A stretch of 64,000 nucleotides of DNA from Octopus vulgaris (taxonomy: Eukaryota), in assembly GCA_951406725.2 (NCBI GenBank), contig OX597814.1, positions 151,962,001 through 152,026,000 on the forward strand, read 5' to 3'. Below the pieces are notes generated by a model that was given only the letters and a program-made list of their open reading frames with translations, did no database searches and was not told the DNA's origin. Each line of letters begins with the position of its first letter. Position 1 is the stretch's first letter. Of the stretch, positions 26,521-41,144 are shown piece after piece. Position numbers and translations under genes: made by a program.

Positions 26521-28069
26521 GCCAACATCTGCCAAAGGCTGCCAACTCTATCACGTTATCTGGATAAGCCAATGTAAACAAGCCTTATTCAGCATCCAAT
26601 GATAGTTAACACTATCTAGAAATTGTGAAAGTCTTATTACTCAGAAGTAGGCCTTTGAATGATCAAATGATCAGGAGTTTTAGTCTCACTTCCGTGAAGC
26701 TTTAATTAATGCAGTTCTAAGTCCAATAGACACACAGAGTTTTCGTGATTATCTTTATAAATTGTAAGTAAATGATAAGGAAATTATATAGGCAATTCTA
26801 TACATTGTCGATACTTTCCTTAGGAAGGTAAATATATAGGCACATAGATAAATACTGAGAAAGGAGAGAGATAGGAAGAGAAGCATTAGGAGTTATCGGG
26901 AGTTATTCAATAAATTATATATTTCCTATTTCACTACTATTCTTTCTCCCGAAAAAGATGTATCAAAATTAAGAAATCCATATATAAACTTATAAAGAGT
27001 AAAACAGAAAAATCGATAGACTAAATGCATTTCCGTATTCTGTAATGTCTTTTTACTTAGCTTGTTCAAATACCACCGGTTTCAACTTTGCATTCCGTTC
27101 TTCTCGAGGTGATTTAAATTGATTGTACCTCATTCTCTCAAAATTCTCTCACCTCGCACCATACATGATTCTCTTAGACTGTGAGTTTAATTTCTCTCAA
27201 AGCTGACTTTTTGCTTCGTCGCTGTATCGAAAACTCAAGTACCAGGTAAATATTAAGGTCCAATCAATAAATTACACCTACCACTGCAAAGTAGAATCAA
27301 TCTTATGTAAATGTATGTTGGTATATGTTGTTCTTTAACCCTAACTCAGACTTGGCTGAATATATGCCATATGCCTATGATCAAAAGCATGCGCAAAGGC
27401 TACGAAACTGCGGTACTACTATTTCCTCGACTCTTTTATGTACAGGGACTTGTGTACAATAATTTTCGCGTCGAGGATCTAACATTTTTGAACTAGCTAA
27501 GTAAAATTGCTGGAGGATTACTGCATGAATTACATTCATTGCTTTTATACAAGAAAAGGATGCAAAATCCAACATCGAAAATGAAAAGTCCAACAGGTAT
27601 TTATATTCTATTCATATCAATGAGAAGTCCTTGGAGTTAAACAAAATGTGAACTTTTAGAGAATCTATACATTGTTTGCTTGTGCGACTTAGCAGACATT
27701 ATCTGTTAATGTTACAGTATACTTTCTTTTTCTACTGTTCCTTCTACTGTTGTCTTCAATATCCAGTCTTGCAACATAGGTCTGTCTATTGCTATTAATT
27801 TTTATTAGTGTCATTATTACTGTTAATATGAAGTGTAAAAAGAAGAGAACAAAATAACGAATTGCCTGAATGACCATTGAAGTTCGTAGCTGAATATCTT
27901 TAGCAAGTCGGAAATTATTTGACAGTGTATGTAGTGGTGTGGGCATATTGATGGCATTTCTCTGATCAAACCGTTCTTTAAAACGAAAATCTAGTGTTCA
28001 TAAGTTTCCAAATACATACATGCATGCATGCATACATACATGCGTACGTACAAACATACTTGCATACAT

Positions 28070-28134
<65 letters not shown>

Positions 28135-28270
28135 CACACTCCAGTAACAGTCATACAATTTCTCACGTAAATATGACGTAAAAAAAGAAATTGCGATTTA
28201 TCTGCTGAACGTACAAATTCCCAGCATAAAATATATTGAACATTGCAAGTGTGTGTATGTGTGTGTGTGT

Positions 28271-28329
<59 letters not shown>

Positions 28330-28343
28330 TGTTGTTAACTAAG

Positions 28344-28508
28344 AATGACTTTAGTTGCTAGACTTTAATTAAATTTAATTAATAAGTGTATGATTCTTGT
28401 TGCTAGTGCTTAATTAACTTAATTAAAATATATATGATTTTAGTTGCTAGAACTTAATTAAACGTAATTAATGTATGTATGACTCTAGTTACTAAGGCTT
28501 AATTAACA
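28344..28508. repeat. Degenerate minisatellite, about 4 copies of a ~45-bp unit
   Basis: Recurrent atgaYTytagttgctag...ttaattaa. Confidence 0.7.
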
Positions 28509-31500
28509 TTGTAATAAATATTGTAATAAAAGACGCTAATAGAAATGAGATACATGCGTTTTTTGTATTTAGCTGTGGGCAGATACATGTACGTAAAGCC
28601 AGCGACCCGGTGAGTGGATATTTTGTATTGCGTTTTTTGATTTGTCACTTTTGGTCAATTCACAGTACTATGTCAAGGTATGGTTTTATAAATTTAATTT
28701 TTATTTTATTTTTTTATTTTATCTAGTTTCAGCTCACGAGCTGTGGCCATGCTGGGACACCGCCATTCTAAATGACAGATTGCATCGGCCGGGAAACACT
28801 TTTGCGAAAGAATAAGCAAAAGGCGAATTATTTTCTTCTATATTTTTACTTGTTTCAGTCATTGGGTAGCGGCAATGCTGGGGCACTGCCTTGAAAGGTT
28901 TTAGTCAAAGAGGTCGAACCATCTAATTATTTTTTATAAGTCTGGCACTTGTTCTATCGGTCTATTCTGCCGAGCAGCTAAGTTACGGATACGTCAACAA
29001 ACCAACACCGGTTGCCAAGAGGTGGAGGGGCGGAAAAACACGCACACACACGCACACAGAGAAACACATATATAGAATATAAATACAACGGGCTTCCACA
29101 CAGTTTCTGCGTATTAAATTCACTGACATGGTACTGTTCGGCTCGGGGCTTAGTAGAAGACACTTGCGCAAAGTGTCGCACAGTGGGACTGAACCTGAAA
29201 ATACATAATTGCAAAGCGAGTTTCTCAACCAGATATCAATGCCTACAAAATTGTTTCAGATATGTTGTGAAGGGCCTATAATATTAATGGCTGTTCTGCT
29301 TTCCACAATAATAATATTGTTGTACGAAACAATAAAGGTGAATATTAGTGCTAAACGAAAGGCAATGAGTTATAAGCCAGATTTTATACTGGATATTTCC
29401 AGAAAGATTACAGTTGTAGAGTTAAAAGGGAGTTTTCAGTGTCTGAATAAGTGGTTTGAGACTGTGTGAAGAAAACAAGAATGCACACTCCCGAGAATAT
29501 GTCTAAAAAGGGCAGGTTTGGTCATATGCCATTTGTTTTCCAATGAGAAAATAGAAAAGCTTTTATACACTTGTATGGGTGAACCAACTACGTTGAAATC
29601 ACTGTCTATAGCATGTTGATGAGAAACAAACTATCAACGCTTTCCATGGATTTAAATTAAAATACAACCGGTTTGGGAGATAATCATTTCTTCATAATAG
29701 GTGGGATTAGGAACTTGAATTTGAAATTAAGGAATTACGTGGAAAAAGTTACATAGAAATTCGTATATTAGCTTGTTTACTTATTATAAATTTCTTTAAA
29801 ATTCCTAGTCAGTGGTAATAATGTAGAGCACTATTTCATTCTATTTAGAATTAGTCAACATGACTTATTAAACTTTATTTTATGAAGTGAGATATTTCAT
29901 TACAGATGAAAATTATTTGAAGCTGGAGTAAATTCATGGAATGTGTTTGTTCCCTTTCCTTCACAGAACATTAGAAGTTATGAATCGAGAGAAAAGCGTG
30001 AACGGTTAAGCGTTTACATAAAGAATAATAGTTGTTTCCAAGGGAATTCTACTTTGTGAAAATGTTTTATAGTAGCCAATAATTTATTAGTCAATAATCA
30101 AAACACAATAATAATTTCTGAATCCCGTAAGTTACAGCAGATAAACTCTTTTATTCATTTATTGATGAGATGACGAACCAGTTAAACATTACCATGAATC
30201 ATATTTGCGTTTCATATGGCAAGAGACCAAAGGACAGCAGTGTACAGTCTATACATTTGCTGATTTGTAATTTTCTCTATTCCATTAGCTTCCAGACGCT
30301 TATTTCATATTAGAAAATGTATTTGATATGATTAAAATATAGAAGGGATGAAATGTAAATGTCGGGGTAGCCACAAAGTATTACTTATTTTGATACAGTA
30401 TGAATAAAATATTGTTTACTGTTAAATGTAATAAAATGTGTTGTTGCTTGTGATCAAATTAATTAGATAGAAATTATTAAACATAGAGGATTAATGGTTC
30501 ATTGATATAAGTTTAATTTGTTAAAAGCCGCCAAAAAATTTGTTTACATATAGTTTTATTGGGTACGAAGAAAGGATAAAATTTACTTTTGTATATTACG
30601 ATGGAAATTTCACCTAAGCCTATATAAACAGTAATCGTAAACACCGCTTGCATGTCAAGGACTGAGCTTAGAATTTTGTATTTAAAATGAGAACATGACA
30701 TCCAGGTGTATATACAGTATATTACGCGCGCACACACGTATGAGCGCGTATGCGGCTATGTGTGCTTATCTACATGCTTATGTATCTGCTTTATATAATT
30801 ATAATGTAACGGATCTATATACGGATAGCTAAAGAGCACACACGCATATATGCACAGCTCTCTCCCTCTCTCTATGCATGTATGTATGTATTTATATGTA
30901 TATCTGCGTGTATGCGCGCGCACCTTGTGTTTGTACGCGTTTTATTTGACCTTGGGTTAACAGTTGTCTAAAGTAATCTTTTACAGCGGATTTCGTTCTG
31001 TGGCAAGCATACAGACCAAGATCACTGCACGACCTCATAGCACCTAGACAGCTTCCTCGGTCCCCAGGATGTCCTAAATTACAACTATATTTGCTAGGCA
31101 CTTCTTCCTCGACTTCTCTCACATCTATAACTTCCACAGAACCTCCTCTCCATATATCACTTCTTCCTAACTTAAAAATTATGTATTTTATTCCCCTCCG
31201 AGACATTCCCTCAGATCTTACATATAGCTTATGTCTGTTGTTGAAGCTATACTCTTTAATCTATGTTCACTTTGAAAGCTGGTGTATGGACACATACAAA
31301 TTCCACTCTTCCCGCTTCTTACCTCTCTTATCTAGATACCAGCAACAAAACCTTCCAGTTATGATGGTGCTTAAGCCTTCTTTCTTCACTCGTCTAAATA
31401 TATCCGCTTCTTCTACCGTTCTCTGAACCCTCCAATCTCCAACATTTCTTTATATCCCTTCCTGCATCGAGAATATCTCGTCCCATTCCACTTCGAAGTA

Positions 31501-32680
31501 ATCGTCCTTGACAACTTTGATATTCTCATCTCTTCTTGGCTTACATCCTTATCGCATACTTTGATCATATTTCTGCTCGATTAGGTTTTACATGGGAAAC
31601 AACGGTAACTTTTTGTACAGTCTAAGTTTGTTCTGTTTAATACAGCCTAGACTGCACAAAACTATTTTGCGGTAGGTAAATGTTTATTTTGAACTTCTGT
31701 TTGTTGGCATCTGGTCACTCGATCTGCCGGATATAACAGCCAAATTTTCTTCAAAGCACATCTAACGCTTTGATAAAAGGCAGTAAGATTACAGCATGAC
31801 TGCCGTTGATCATGGATTCACTCAGTCAGAGATAGTCTGGGGTTAAATAACTTCAGCGTGTAACTAGAAGGTTGAGGGTGAGGTACATTAAAGAACGTAG
31901 AGAGGAAGAGGTAAATTAATGTAGAATATGATCATCTGAGTTTTGGCGTTTGCCGGAAAAGTGGACGTTGAAAGAAATTTATACAGTTTCGGAGGAATGA
32001 CCGAGAAAAGTATTTAGTGTGGAATAGAAAAAGTAGCTGCAGAAGATATGATATAATAGAGATAGAGAAGATATTACAATTGCAGAAGAGTTGCTGTTGT
32101 TGTACAGTTTGTGTCTCTGCTGTTACTATATCCTCTGAGATACAGAAAGTATGACAATAGTTGGAGAACTGGATGCAATTAGTGGTCCTGGATAAAGTTG
32201 GCGTGGCATGGAAGTGTCGTAGCAGCGTTAGAAGATACACAAAGATCTATGAACCAACATTTATAATTTGCTAATGATAAAAAATTATTTATTTATTTAT
32301 CTCTTTTACTCTTTTACTTGTTTCAGTCATTTGACTGCGGCCATGCTGGAGCACCGCCTTTAGTCAAGTAAATCGACCCCGGGACTTATTCTTTGTAAGC
32401 CCAGTACTTATTCTATCGGTCTCTTTTTGCCGAACCGTTAAGTGACGGGGACGTAAACACACACGCAACGGTTGTCAAGCAATGCTAGGGGGACAAACAC
32501 AGACACACAAACACACACACATACATACATATATATATATATACATATATACGACAGGCTTCTTTCTATCTATTTATATATTACAATTTATATAAATAAG
32601 GACAAGATCGCTAATTTAAATTAAATAACGATCTTATCAAGTGGCCGGCATGGAAATAAAAACCTTCAAAGGTAATAATT

Positions 32681-32876
32681 ATTATCATAAAATTATAATT
32701 TAGGGTGTCTAAGAGATATCGCCATGCTGAAAATAGCAGCCAAGATCTGACTCTAAAGCCACATTAAATGCCCCTTGTGCTGTATGGGCATTTAATGTGG
32801 TTTTAGAGTCAGATCTTGGCTGCTATTTTCAGCGAGGCGGTATCTCTTAGATACTCTAAATTATAATTTTAATAAT
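32681..32876. repeat. Near-perfect palindrome (~92-bp arms, 12-nt spacer)
   Basis: 32681-32773 versus 32786-32876, for example gctgaaaatagcagccaagatctgactctaaa / tttagagtcagatcttggctgctattttcagc. Spacer cttgtgctgtat. Confidence 0.95.
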
Positions 32877-35800
32877 ATTTATATATTACAATAGTAGATA
32901 TACCTTTAAGGCAAATATGATGAAATTTGAGAAAAATTTGAAAGTCTTTCATTGACTCAAATAACTTACCTTGTTTTGATAAACGTAATCGATGGGAGCA
33001 GCTGAGAACATATCATAATTAGTGAATGTCTTGTAGCCTTGCCTTGTTAGGTTCAGTTCACACAAACAGTAGGAAGAGGACGCGGTTACGTGAATCGCAG
33101 ACATAAGTGTGCCATTAAGACGTTCGTTTCGTAACTCTGGTTTTATGTTTGATCCCACTGTGTAGTTCAGGAAAATGTTTTCTATCATAACTTTAGATAA
33201 ACCAAAGATTTGAGACTGAAATTTAGTGTGCTGAAACGGTATTCTTGTTCTTGAATACTAGACTTAGATGTTCTCCCAGCTTAACATCATCACCTAGCCA
33301 TTGGACACCTTTAGTGGAGTCTTTTCTGTTGTAAGTATCGGGGTCAGAATAGCTTTCTCTTTTCCTACCACCAATCTCACTGGCTCAGTAAATAGTCATA
33401 GGCAATGCATTTTCACCTTCGACTAAACGAAACACTTTAAAAAAAAAAATGAATCAAGCAAGACTGGATTTTACTAGATACACAATGCAACGCTGGCGTA
33501 GTTAGTTATGAGAAATACCAACATTTGCAAACTAATAAATTTACTTTGGAAACTATAGATTTATGGCGACACATCTTCAAATATTATCAAATTCAATATA
33601 TACATTAACTGTAGTATGAATTCTGTTTGATAAATTGAGCAACTTTTAATGTTGCGAACTACAGATGAAGAAGTAGGTTCTAGATGAATGAACAGATTAT
33701 CAAATTTAATGGGTATATTAACTGAAAAACAAGTTGAATTCAGAATATTAAGCAAATCCTTATCTGATCAAACTGTAGATGACGGATAAATTCAATACTA
33801 TCTTATCTTTATATGTATACAGTCGGCACTGAAATGTTAAAACCAAACACAAACTAAACCATATTTTATTTTATATCATTATTATTTTTTTGCAATAAAT
33901 TTGTTAAAAAGAGGAGAGTATTCATGGTCTACTTGCTTGGGGTTCCCGAGGTTTTTGGTGAAAAAAAAGACCAGTGAACCACAACTAATGAGACATTTTA
34001 AAACTGGAGTTGGGACCAAATAGAGGAGTGTATTTTGTTAAAAGTACCCAAGAGCCGAGTGGTGGTGTTAAATTGGGTGCCTGATTACGTCTATTTATGA
34101 CATCGTGTTTTTCTTCTGACAGCACTGAAGGATATCGTGGAAATGAAACCTTTATCAAATTACCCATTCCAACGATAGACTCCTCTATATGGCCTCTTCA
34201 ACAGATACCTTTCGGTCCGAAGTAGAAGAAGGACACTATGGATAAGGTAATCTAAGAAACAATGTCTGGATAAAAGAGTAGATGGTTGCAGTTGAAACCT
34301 TTGATCGTAGACCTGTTCAACTTGGACTGATCAAAGGTTAAAGAGAGCCAGACATCACCCACAACCAAGTATGGCTCGGTAACATATATCATGCTTTCGT
34401 TAATTGTTGCAGGCGGCTATGTAATCACGAGCAGTCACAGACATACTCTTGACTCTTTCACCATTTGACTCTGCAGCACATTTAGGATGTAAAAGCTGGA
34501 GGGAAAGTAAGTAACCCAAGCAGCTTTTTCTACACTAGGTCTTAGTTCAAAGCCGTTTAAGATATTTAGGAAAAGAGGCTCTGTTTTACTGAGGTATTGT
34601 TTTCTTGCTTCTTCCGGTAATGTAAGTTAGAGGTAAAATTGATGTCCTCGACTATACAAACGAAGTCTCATTAAAACAGTTAATGTCTTAAAAATACTGA
34701 TTTTTTTCCCTCTCCAAGTTGTTTGGAGTGAAGTATATCATATTTTAGTCTTACTTTTAGTCATACTGTTAACATGTAGTTAGAGTAGGCGAACATATTC
34801 ATCATACTAAGTGTCCAGTACTGCGGAGCAGCTTCTTATTTTCTACTAATTTTATTATTCACTTGGGTAGCTCACGCCACATTATTTCATTATCACCTTA
34901 CTACCGGCGTCTTCTTTATTTTGTGTTATAGAAAAACACTGTATATTGTGCAGTATTGATTGTCTCATGCGTGTTATCGCTTGTTTTCATATTTTCTTTA
35001 GCAAAATCGTCAATAATTTTTTTTCAGCTCCAGTCAAAAATGGGTTTGTTGTTTACAGATAATTTTTAGAACTTGGAAACGTTCTCCTTAAACTGCAATT
35101 TATTCTGATTTTATTTTAATATTTCTCACCAAATGAAAAATTGCCAATCTCCAGACAGAAGCAAGGTTCTTTCAATGGGATTTAAGCAACAATTAGTTAT
35201 GACAACCCTGCATTGTATTAGGTTTAGACTATATCATATATCATAGATAAATAGTACGTGATAACATTCTGGGACAGCTACTTATGATGCGAGTGATATT
35301 TTTGTGTTAATTCTACAATCTGCATGCTTGTTGCAGGCAGGTGTTTTACTTGCAATCCTATCTCTTTAGTGCATTAGATATTTTTGCTGTTGTAGTTATT
35401 TCCGGTAACTGAACTGTAAAACTATGCAATTTAAAATCAGAGATCACATACTGATGCAATAAAGGCAACTCTTGTTGTTTATGCTTCTGTTGTGTGGACG
35501 CCCCCAGACGATGAAGTAGGCTAGCCCAGTACGTAGATATAGTGGGAGAAGCCTAGACATCATAGTTCAGACTAGTCGGAGGAGCGGTGAGAGTAGAAGA
35601 GTCGAGAATTGAGTAGCAGTCATCCGAACGTGCGACATAACAGTGGCGACGAGGATTTCGTAGCTCACACAACCACTGTGTGACATAACATTTTCTATCA
35701 TTGAATATTTCCGACAAAGTACCTATGTATGGCTTTCTGCTGATAATCAGAAAGTTTTTCATCCGATGTAGTAGAAGAGCTGTGCACCTTTTATGGACAT

Positions 35801-36898
35801 GTACTCATCAGTATAAGTCAGAAAATCGTTTCTGAGATGTTCCTTCCCAACTGACATATTGCTATTTTGTTTATGCTTACAAACTTTATCCATGAACTTA
35901 CCTCACTATAGGTTCTATAACAAACGCTGTCGAAAAGATATGATGTGAATTTAAGGGCTGTTCTAATCGATGTTCCTTGTTTTTGTGTTATGTAGCGGTA
36001 GTCAATATCATTGTTGATGTGAAAATTTCTGGCGGTTGTTAATTGCTTTCACGTTTTAACATCAATGACACGGAGCTTATGCAGCGTTCAGTGGAGTAGC
36101 CCAAGTGTTGGTAAGATTACTGGTACAGCAAACTCATTAAGAAACACTGGTCTACCGTTTGCAGAGTTCTGTATGTATATATATTTTAATCTGAACGTAG
36201 TATTCTCTGGTTACACGTTTCTTGTTATAAGTGCCACTTCAGGATATATTTTCGCCCATCGCTAGGTAGCAGTAAGCTTTTATTTTTATTTAAATTCACC
36301 AATTCATAAAAAAACTGAATTTTAACCCAGAAACAAGGCTATTTCACTAAAATTTAGACATAACTAGGTAATCATGTATTATGTAAATATATATTTAGAC
36401 AGTAGCAAGGCCGAGTAAGTTCACTTTACATCGTAAGATCCTGGGTTGAGTCTCATTGCATGGAACTTTTGACAAATGACTTTTAAAACAACATCGAATC
36501 GCCCTAAGCCTTGTGAATGAAATTTGGTTGACAGAAACCCGTTAGCTAGACTGTAGAGGTAATTCACAGGTACAACTTTGTGTCACAGCGACTCACACCG
36601 ACTTTCCTTAAGGTTTACTTCAGAGTAAAGATATCGGTAGAAAACTCATCCACTTATACTAATTTATTAAATAAATATTTCTACTAATAGAATAACTCTT
36701 TATCGTAATCCACACGGTTCTAATTCACTTTTTCTTTATTATATACGAATATGCACTCATATGTCGCATGCATGCGCATTATTGCTTATGAATGTGTACA
36801 TACATACATAATTCAATACATACACATAAACATAGTGTATGTATGCATACGCACGCTTGGATGTTTATATGCTTGAACAAATATGAACTTAACTTTTG

Positions 36899-36938
<40 letters not shown>

Positions 36939-37212
36939 CAACAATTGAGGGTAAAATTAATTAATTATTAATCAATTTCACCAAGTGTTCAGTATGCAAA
37001 GGGACCATTTAAGGCGAATTCAAATTATTACATTATATAAAAGGGCTTAGTAAAATAAATTACTTTGCCGCATACTGGACTCATTAGAAATAGCAGCTAA
37101 AAAACTTTTTTAAAGCTATTTCTAATACTTAAAGAAAATCTCTCTCATATATAGTGTTTGCTTAATTCAACTCACAAAAGTTTGGGGTAAGGACATCAAA
37201 AAATCAAATGCT

Positions 37213-37283
37213 AAGGTTATTTGAGAACGTACGTTTCAAGATTAGTCAAAACAACACTTCTATCATCAGCTCAGAAACTCCTT
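37213..37283 (-). ncRNA. Type I hammerhead-like motif, repeat copy 1
   Basis: Reverse complement of the 38240-38310 motif (TCATCAG at 37263-37269). Confidence 0.65.
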
Positions 37284-37774
37284 GGTTTGGATTTGGAAAC
37301 ACTGAAAGTAAGAACATACCCTTTCGGCTTCTCATCGCTTTCGAAGATCTGCTCGTAACTAACAGTGTCAACAAACTCAAATAAGCAAGCGAAGAATTTC
37401 TGTTCTCCCCTTTCCACCAGCGTGGGTTAAAATCATCAAACACTATGCTTATTTCGGTAAAATCCGAAGCATTAATTAGAGGGAGATTAATTATAATTTC
37501 AACAATTGAGGGTAAAATTAATTAATTATTAATCAATTTCACCAAGTGTTCAGTATGCAAAGGGACCATTTAAGGCGAATTCAAATTATTACATTATATA
37601 AAAGGGCTTAGTAAAATAAATTACTTTGCCGCATACTGGACTCATTAGAAATAGCAGCTAAAAAACTTTTTTAAAGCTATTTCTAATACTTAAAGAAAAT
37701 CTCTCTCATATATAGTGTTTGCTTAATTCAACTCACAAAAGTTTGGGGGTAAGGACATCAAAAAATCAAATGCT

Positions 37775-37845
37775 AAGGTTATTTGAGAACGTACGTTTCA
37801 AGATTAGTCAAAACAACACTTCTATCATCAGCTCAGAAACTCCTT
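37775..37845 (-). ncRNA. Type I hammerhead-like motif, repeat copy 2
   Basis: Reverse complement of the 38240-38310 motif (TCATCAG at 37825-37831). Confidence 0.65.
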
Positions 37846-38239
37846 GGTTTGGATTTGGAATTTAGCTGCTATTTCTAATGAGTCCAGTATGCGGCAAAGT
37901 AATTTATTTTACTAAGCCCTTTTATATAATGTAATAATTTGAATTCGCCTTAAATGGTCCCTTTGCATACTGAACACTTGGTGAAATTGATTAATAATTA
38001 ATTAATTTTACCCTCAATTGTTGAAATTATAATTAATCTCCCTCTAATTAATGCTTCGGATTTTACCGAAATAAGCATAGTGTTTGATGATTTTAACCCA
38101 CGCTGGTGGAAAGGGGAGAACAGAAATTCTTCGCTTGCTTATTTGAGTTTGTTGACACTGTTAGTTACGAGCAGATCTTCGAAAGCGATGAGAAGCCGAA
38201 AGGGTATGTTCTTACTTTCAGTGTTTCCAAATCCAAACC

Positions 38240-38310
38240 AAGGAGTTTCTGAGCTGATGATAGAAGTGTTGTTTTGACTAATCTTGAAACGTACGTTCTC
38301 AAATAACCTT
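38240..38310 (+). ncRNA. Type I hammerhead-like motif, repeat copy 3
   Basis: AAGG-agtttc-TGAG | CTGATGA (38254-60) | t-AGA-AGT-gttgttttg-ACT-aa-TCT-t | GAAA (38286-89) | CG-TA-CG-T-T | CTCA-aataa-CCTT. Confidence 0.65.
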
Positions 38311-38801
38311 AGCATTTGATTTTTTGATGTCCTTACCCCCAAACTTTTGTGAGTTGAATTAAGCAAACACTATATATGAGAGAGATTTTCTTTAAGTATT
38401 AGAAATAGCTTTAAAAAAGTTTTTTAGCTGCTATTTCTGATGAGTCCAGTATGCGGCAAAGTAATTTATTTTACTAAGCCCTTTTATATAATGTAATAAT
38501 TTGAATTCGCCTTAAATGGTCCCTTTGCATACTGAACACTTGGTGAAATTGATTAATAATTAATTAATTTTACCCTCAATTGTTGAAATTATAATTAATC
38601 TCCCTCTAATTAATGCTTCGGATTTTACCGAAATAAGCATAGTGTTTGATGATTTTAACCCACGCTGGTGGAAAGGGGAGAACAGAAATTCTTCGCTTGC
38701 TTATTTGAGTTTGTTGACACTGTTAGTTACGAGCAGATCTTCGAAAGCGATGAGAAGCCGAAAGGGTATGTTCTTACTTTCAGTGTTTCCAAATCCAAAC
38801 C

Positions 38802-38872
38802 AAGGAGTTTCTGAGCTGATGATAGAAGTGTTGTTTTGACTAATCTTGAAACGTACGTTCTCAAATAACCTT
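38802..38872 (+). ncRNA. Type I hammerhead-like motif, repeat copy 4
   Basis: Same sequence 562 bp downstream (CTGATGA at 38816-38822). Confidence 0.65.
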
Positions 38873-39056
38873 AGCATTTGATTTTTTGATGTCCTTACCC
38901 CCAAACTTTTGTGAGTTGAATTAAGCAAACACTATATATGAGAGAGATTTTCTTTAAGTATTAGAAATAGCTTTAAAAAGTTTTTTAGCTGCTATTTCTA
39001 ATGAGTCCAGTATGCGGCAAAGTAATTTATTTTACTAAGCCCTTTTATATAATGTA

Positions 39057-39182
<126 letters not shown>

Positions 39183-39185
39183 TGT

Positions 39186-39440
39186 GGAAGCGCGTGGCTT
39201 AGTGGTTTGGTGTTGAACTCATGATCGTAAGGCTGTGGTTTCGATTCCTGGACCAGGCGATGGGTTGTGTTCTTGAGCAAAACACTTCATTTTACGTTGC
39301 TCCAGTCTACTCATCTGGCAAAAATGAGTAACGCTGCGATGGACTGGCGTCCCGTCCAGCTGGGGAACACATACGCCATTGAAACCGGGAAACCGGGTCC
39401 ATGAGCCTGGTTAGGCTTTAAAAGGGTGCATTTATTTATT
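39186..39440 (+). mobile_element. tRNA-headed SINE, family C (Meta/V-domain-like body)
   Basis: A-box TGGCTTAGTGG and B-box GGTTTCGATTCC, then TTCTTGAGCAAAACACTT and GCGATGGACTGGCGTCCCGTCCAG. Relatives at about 44075-44250 and 56562-56822. Confidence 0.8.
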
Positions 39441-40584
39441 ATTTTATATATATATATTTGCATTTCTATTAAGGACGTGTAATTGTAGTTGTAAAGTCCT
39501 AGAGAGTTGTATCCTCTTTGGTTGTTCAAAGCCTAACTTCTCAAAGTTGGTACTGAGGCAGTTGGGTGTATATGTATGTGTATGAGAGAGAGAGAGAGAG
39601 AGGGGAGAGTACGTGTGTGCGCGTGCGTGTGTGTGTACGTATGTTCTTTTCTAATTACTTGAATTCTTCCTAGAAAAGAATGGTTTCTAACAAAGAACTG
39701 TTCTCTCACACTGGAACTTGGATAACAAAATTGGTAATTGTTACATGCTGAGCTACAGAAAATATCCACACATTTTTTATGTACGTAGTTCTCTCCCCCT
39801 CTCATTCTTCTCCCCTCCCTCTCTGTACACACACATATTACTTTCAATCTTTTTTAGTTGTCAATCGTAATATCTTTTGCTTATTTCTTATAATCATTAT
39901 TTCTATTTTTATCTAGTTTTTACGCTTTATTAATTTTTCTGTCATTTTTTTTTACCCTTTCAGAAAAAACAAGATGTAGCAGATGTAGGTGATAGGAAAA
40001 GCCTAAATTGGCTACAGGAAACCCAATAGCAGATAACTATCTATTAAATCCTAGATATTAATATCGAATTTTGAAATCTTTCATTCACTTCAATAGAAGC
40101 AACATCTGTGGCAATCATCGATCATGCATATAATCGAGTTACATTTAAAACGACACTACTTCCAGATGACATCACGTTAATGTAAATGCTAAAACCAAAA
40201 TATATGTGTTAAATGGGTCTTTTAAAATTCTCCACTATCAATATTTCATTCAGTATTCATAGATGTCAGCGCTATGTAATTTCAGAATAACTTTTTTATT
40301 TAGAGCAACACACGATATAATACACAACATTGATCTGTACTTCAGTAACTGATGTATTAATTATTCCATCTGAGAATATCCATAGAGACTGTGCTGGGGG
40401 TATATTCGTCATCCCCGTCAGCAAAGAGGGATTTTATTGGTTGAAAGAACATTAATTTCTTAGCATTTCCTTCCTTGTGCAATCATATTAACTTTGCACC
40501 AAGAATTATCATACGCTGTTTGTATTTCTTTCTTCATTTGTACCTATATGGTCCCTGGCGGTTAATGTTAACCTCCTACTGCAC

Positions 40585-40718
40585 AGATATGCGCAGGTAT
40601 TTTGAGAAAAACTGGCGGTTGTCTTAGCAAGAAAATGCTCCAGGTCAGAAAGATATGCGCAAGTATTTTGAGAAAAACTGGCGGTTGTCTTAGCAAGCAA
40701 ATGCTCCAGGTCAGAAAG
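40585..40718. repeat. Tandem duplication, 66-bp unit x2
   Basis: agatatgcgca...ccaggtcagaa at 40585 and 40651, two mismatches seen. Confidence 0.95.
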
Positions 40719-41097
40719 CAGAGCCAGAAGAGGTATCGAAAGCTGTCTTTGCCGAAAAGAGAAAAAAAATCGTGTTCACATCGGAAATGAGATCTCAGCA
40801 ATCCTGTACGCAAGGCAAAATTGAAAAGGGAGAGATATCGGATAGAGTGGTCTGTAGAATGAAAATGGGCTGAGACAGGCGATTTGTTGCTGACTTAGAT
40901 AATCCCAAGTTTTTGTGTGAATCGGTAGGCCACAACATACTCGATATCAGAAATAGAGTGGTTATATTGTTATATCACCGAACAGCATCTTACTGGTTAT
41001 GGCATATAATAGTCATCAATATTAAGGGTAATAGTCGGCGCGAAACCAACGGCAATATTCTGACTAGTCATGACATAACCAATAATATACTGCCAAA

Positions 41098-41144
<47 letters not shown>

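Noticed and set aside
26638-26680. Ghost hammerhead (actc-agaagta-ggcc...aaatgatcaggagt) after the 25-26 kb PLE remnant
   Set aside because: Both core boxes are mutated, so it cannot be distinguished from chance.
34015-34195. 18-bp inverted repeat (ccaaatagaggagtgtat / atagactcctctatatgg) about 140 bp apart
   Set aside because: Probably an old MITE, but termini and TSD cannot be defined.
38437-38462. CTGATGAGTCC...GGCAAA as a second hammerhead in the unit
   Set aside because: Only one copy has CTGATGA (the others read CTAATGA), and there is no GAAA with stem III or stem I pairing.
38080-38928. Repeated 65-aa and 75-aa ORFs in the 562-bp unit
   Set aside because: Non-ATG starts, overlapping on opposite strands, no recognisable domain. 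Identity merely reflects the repeat.
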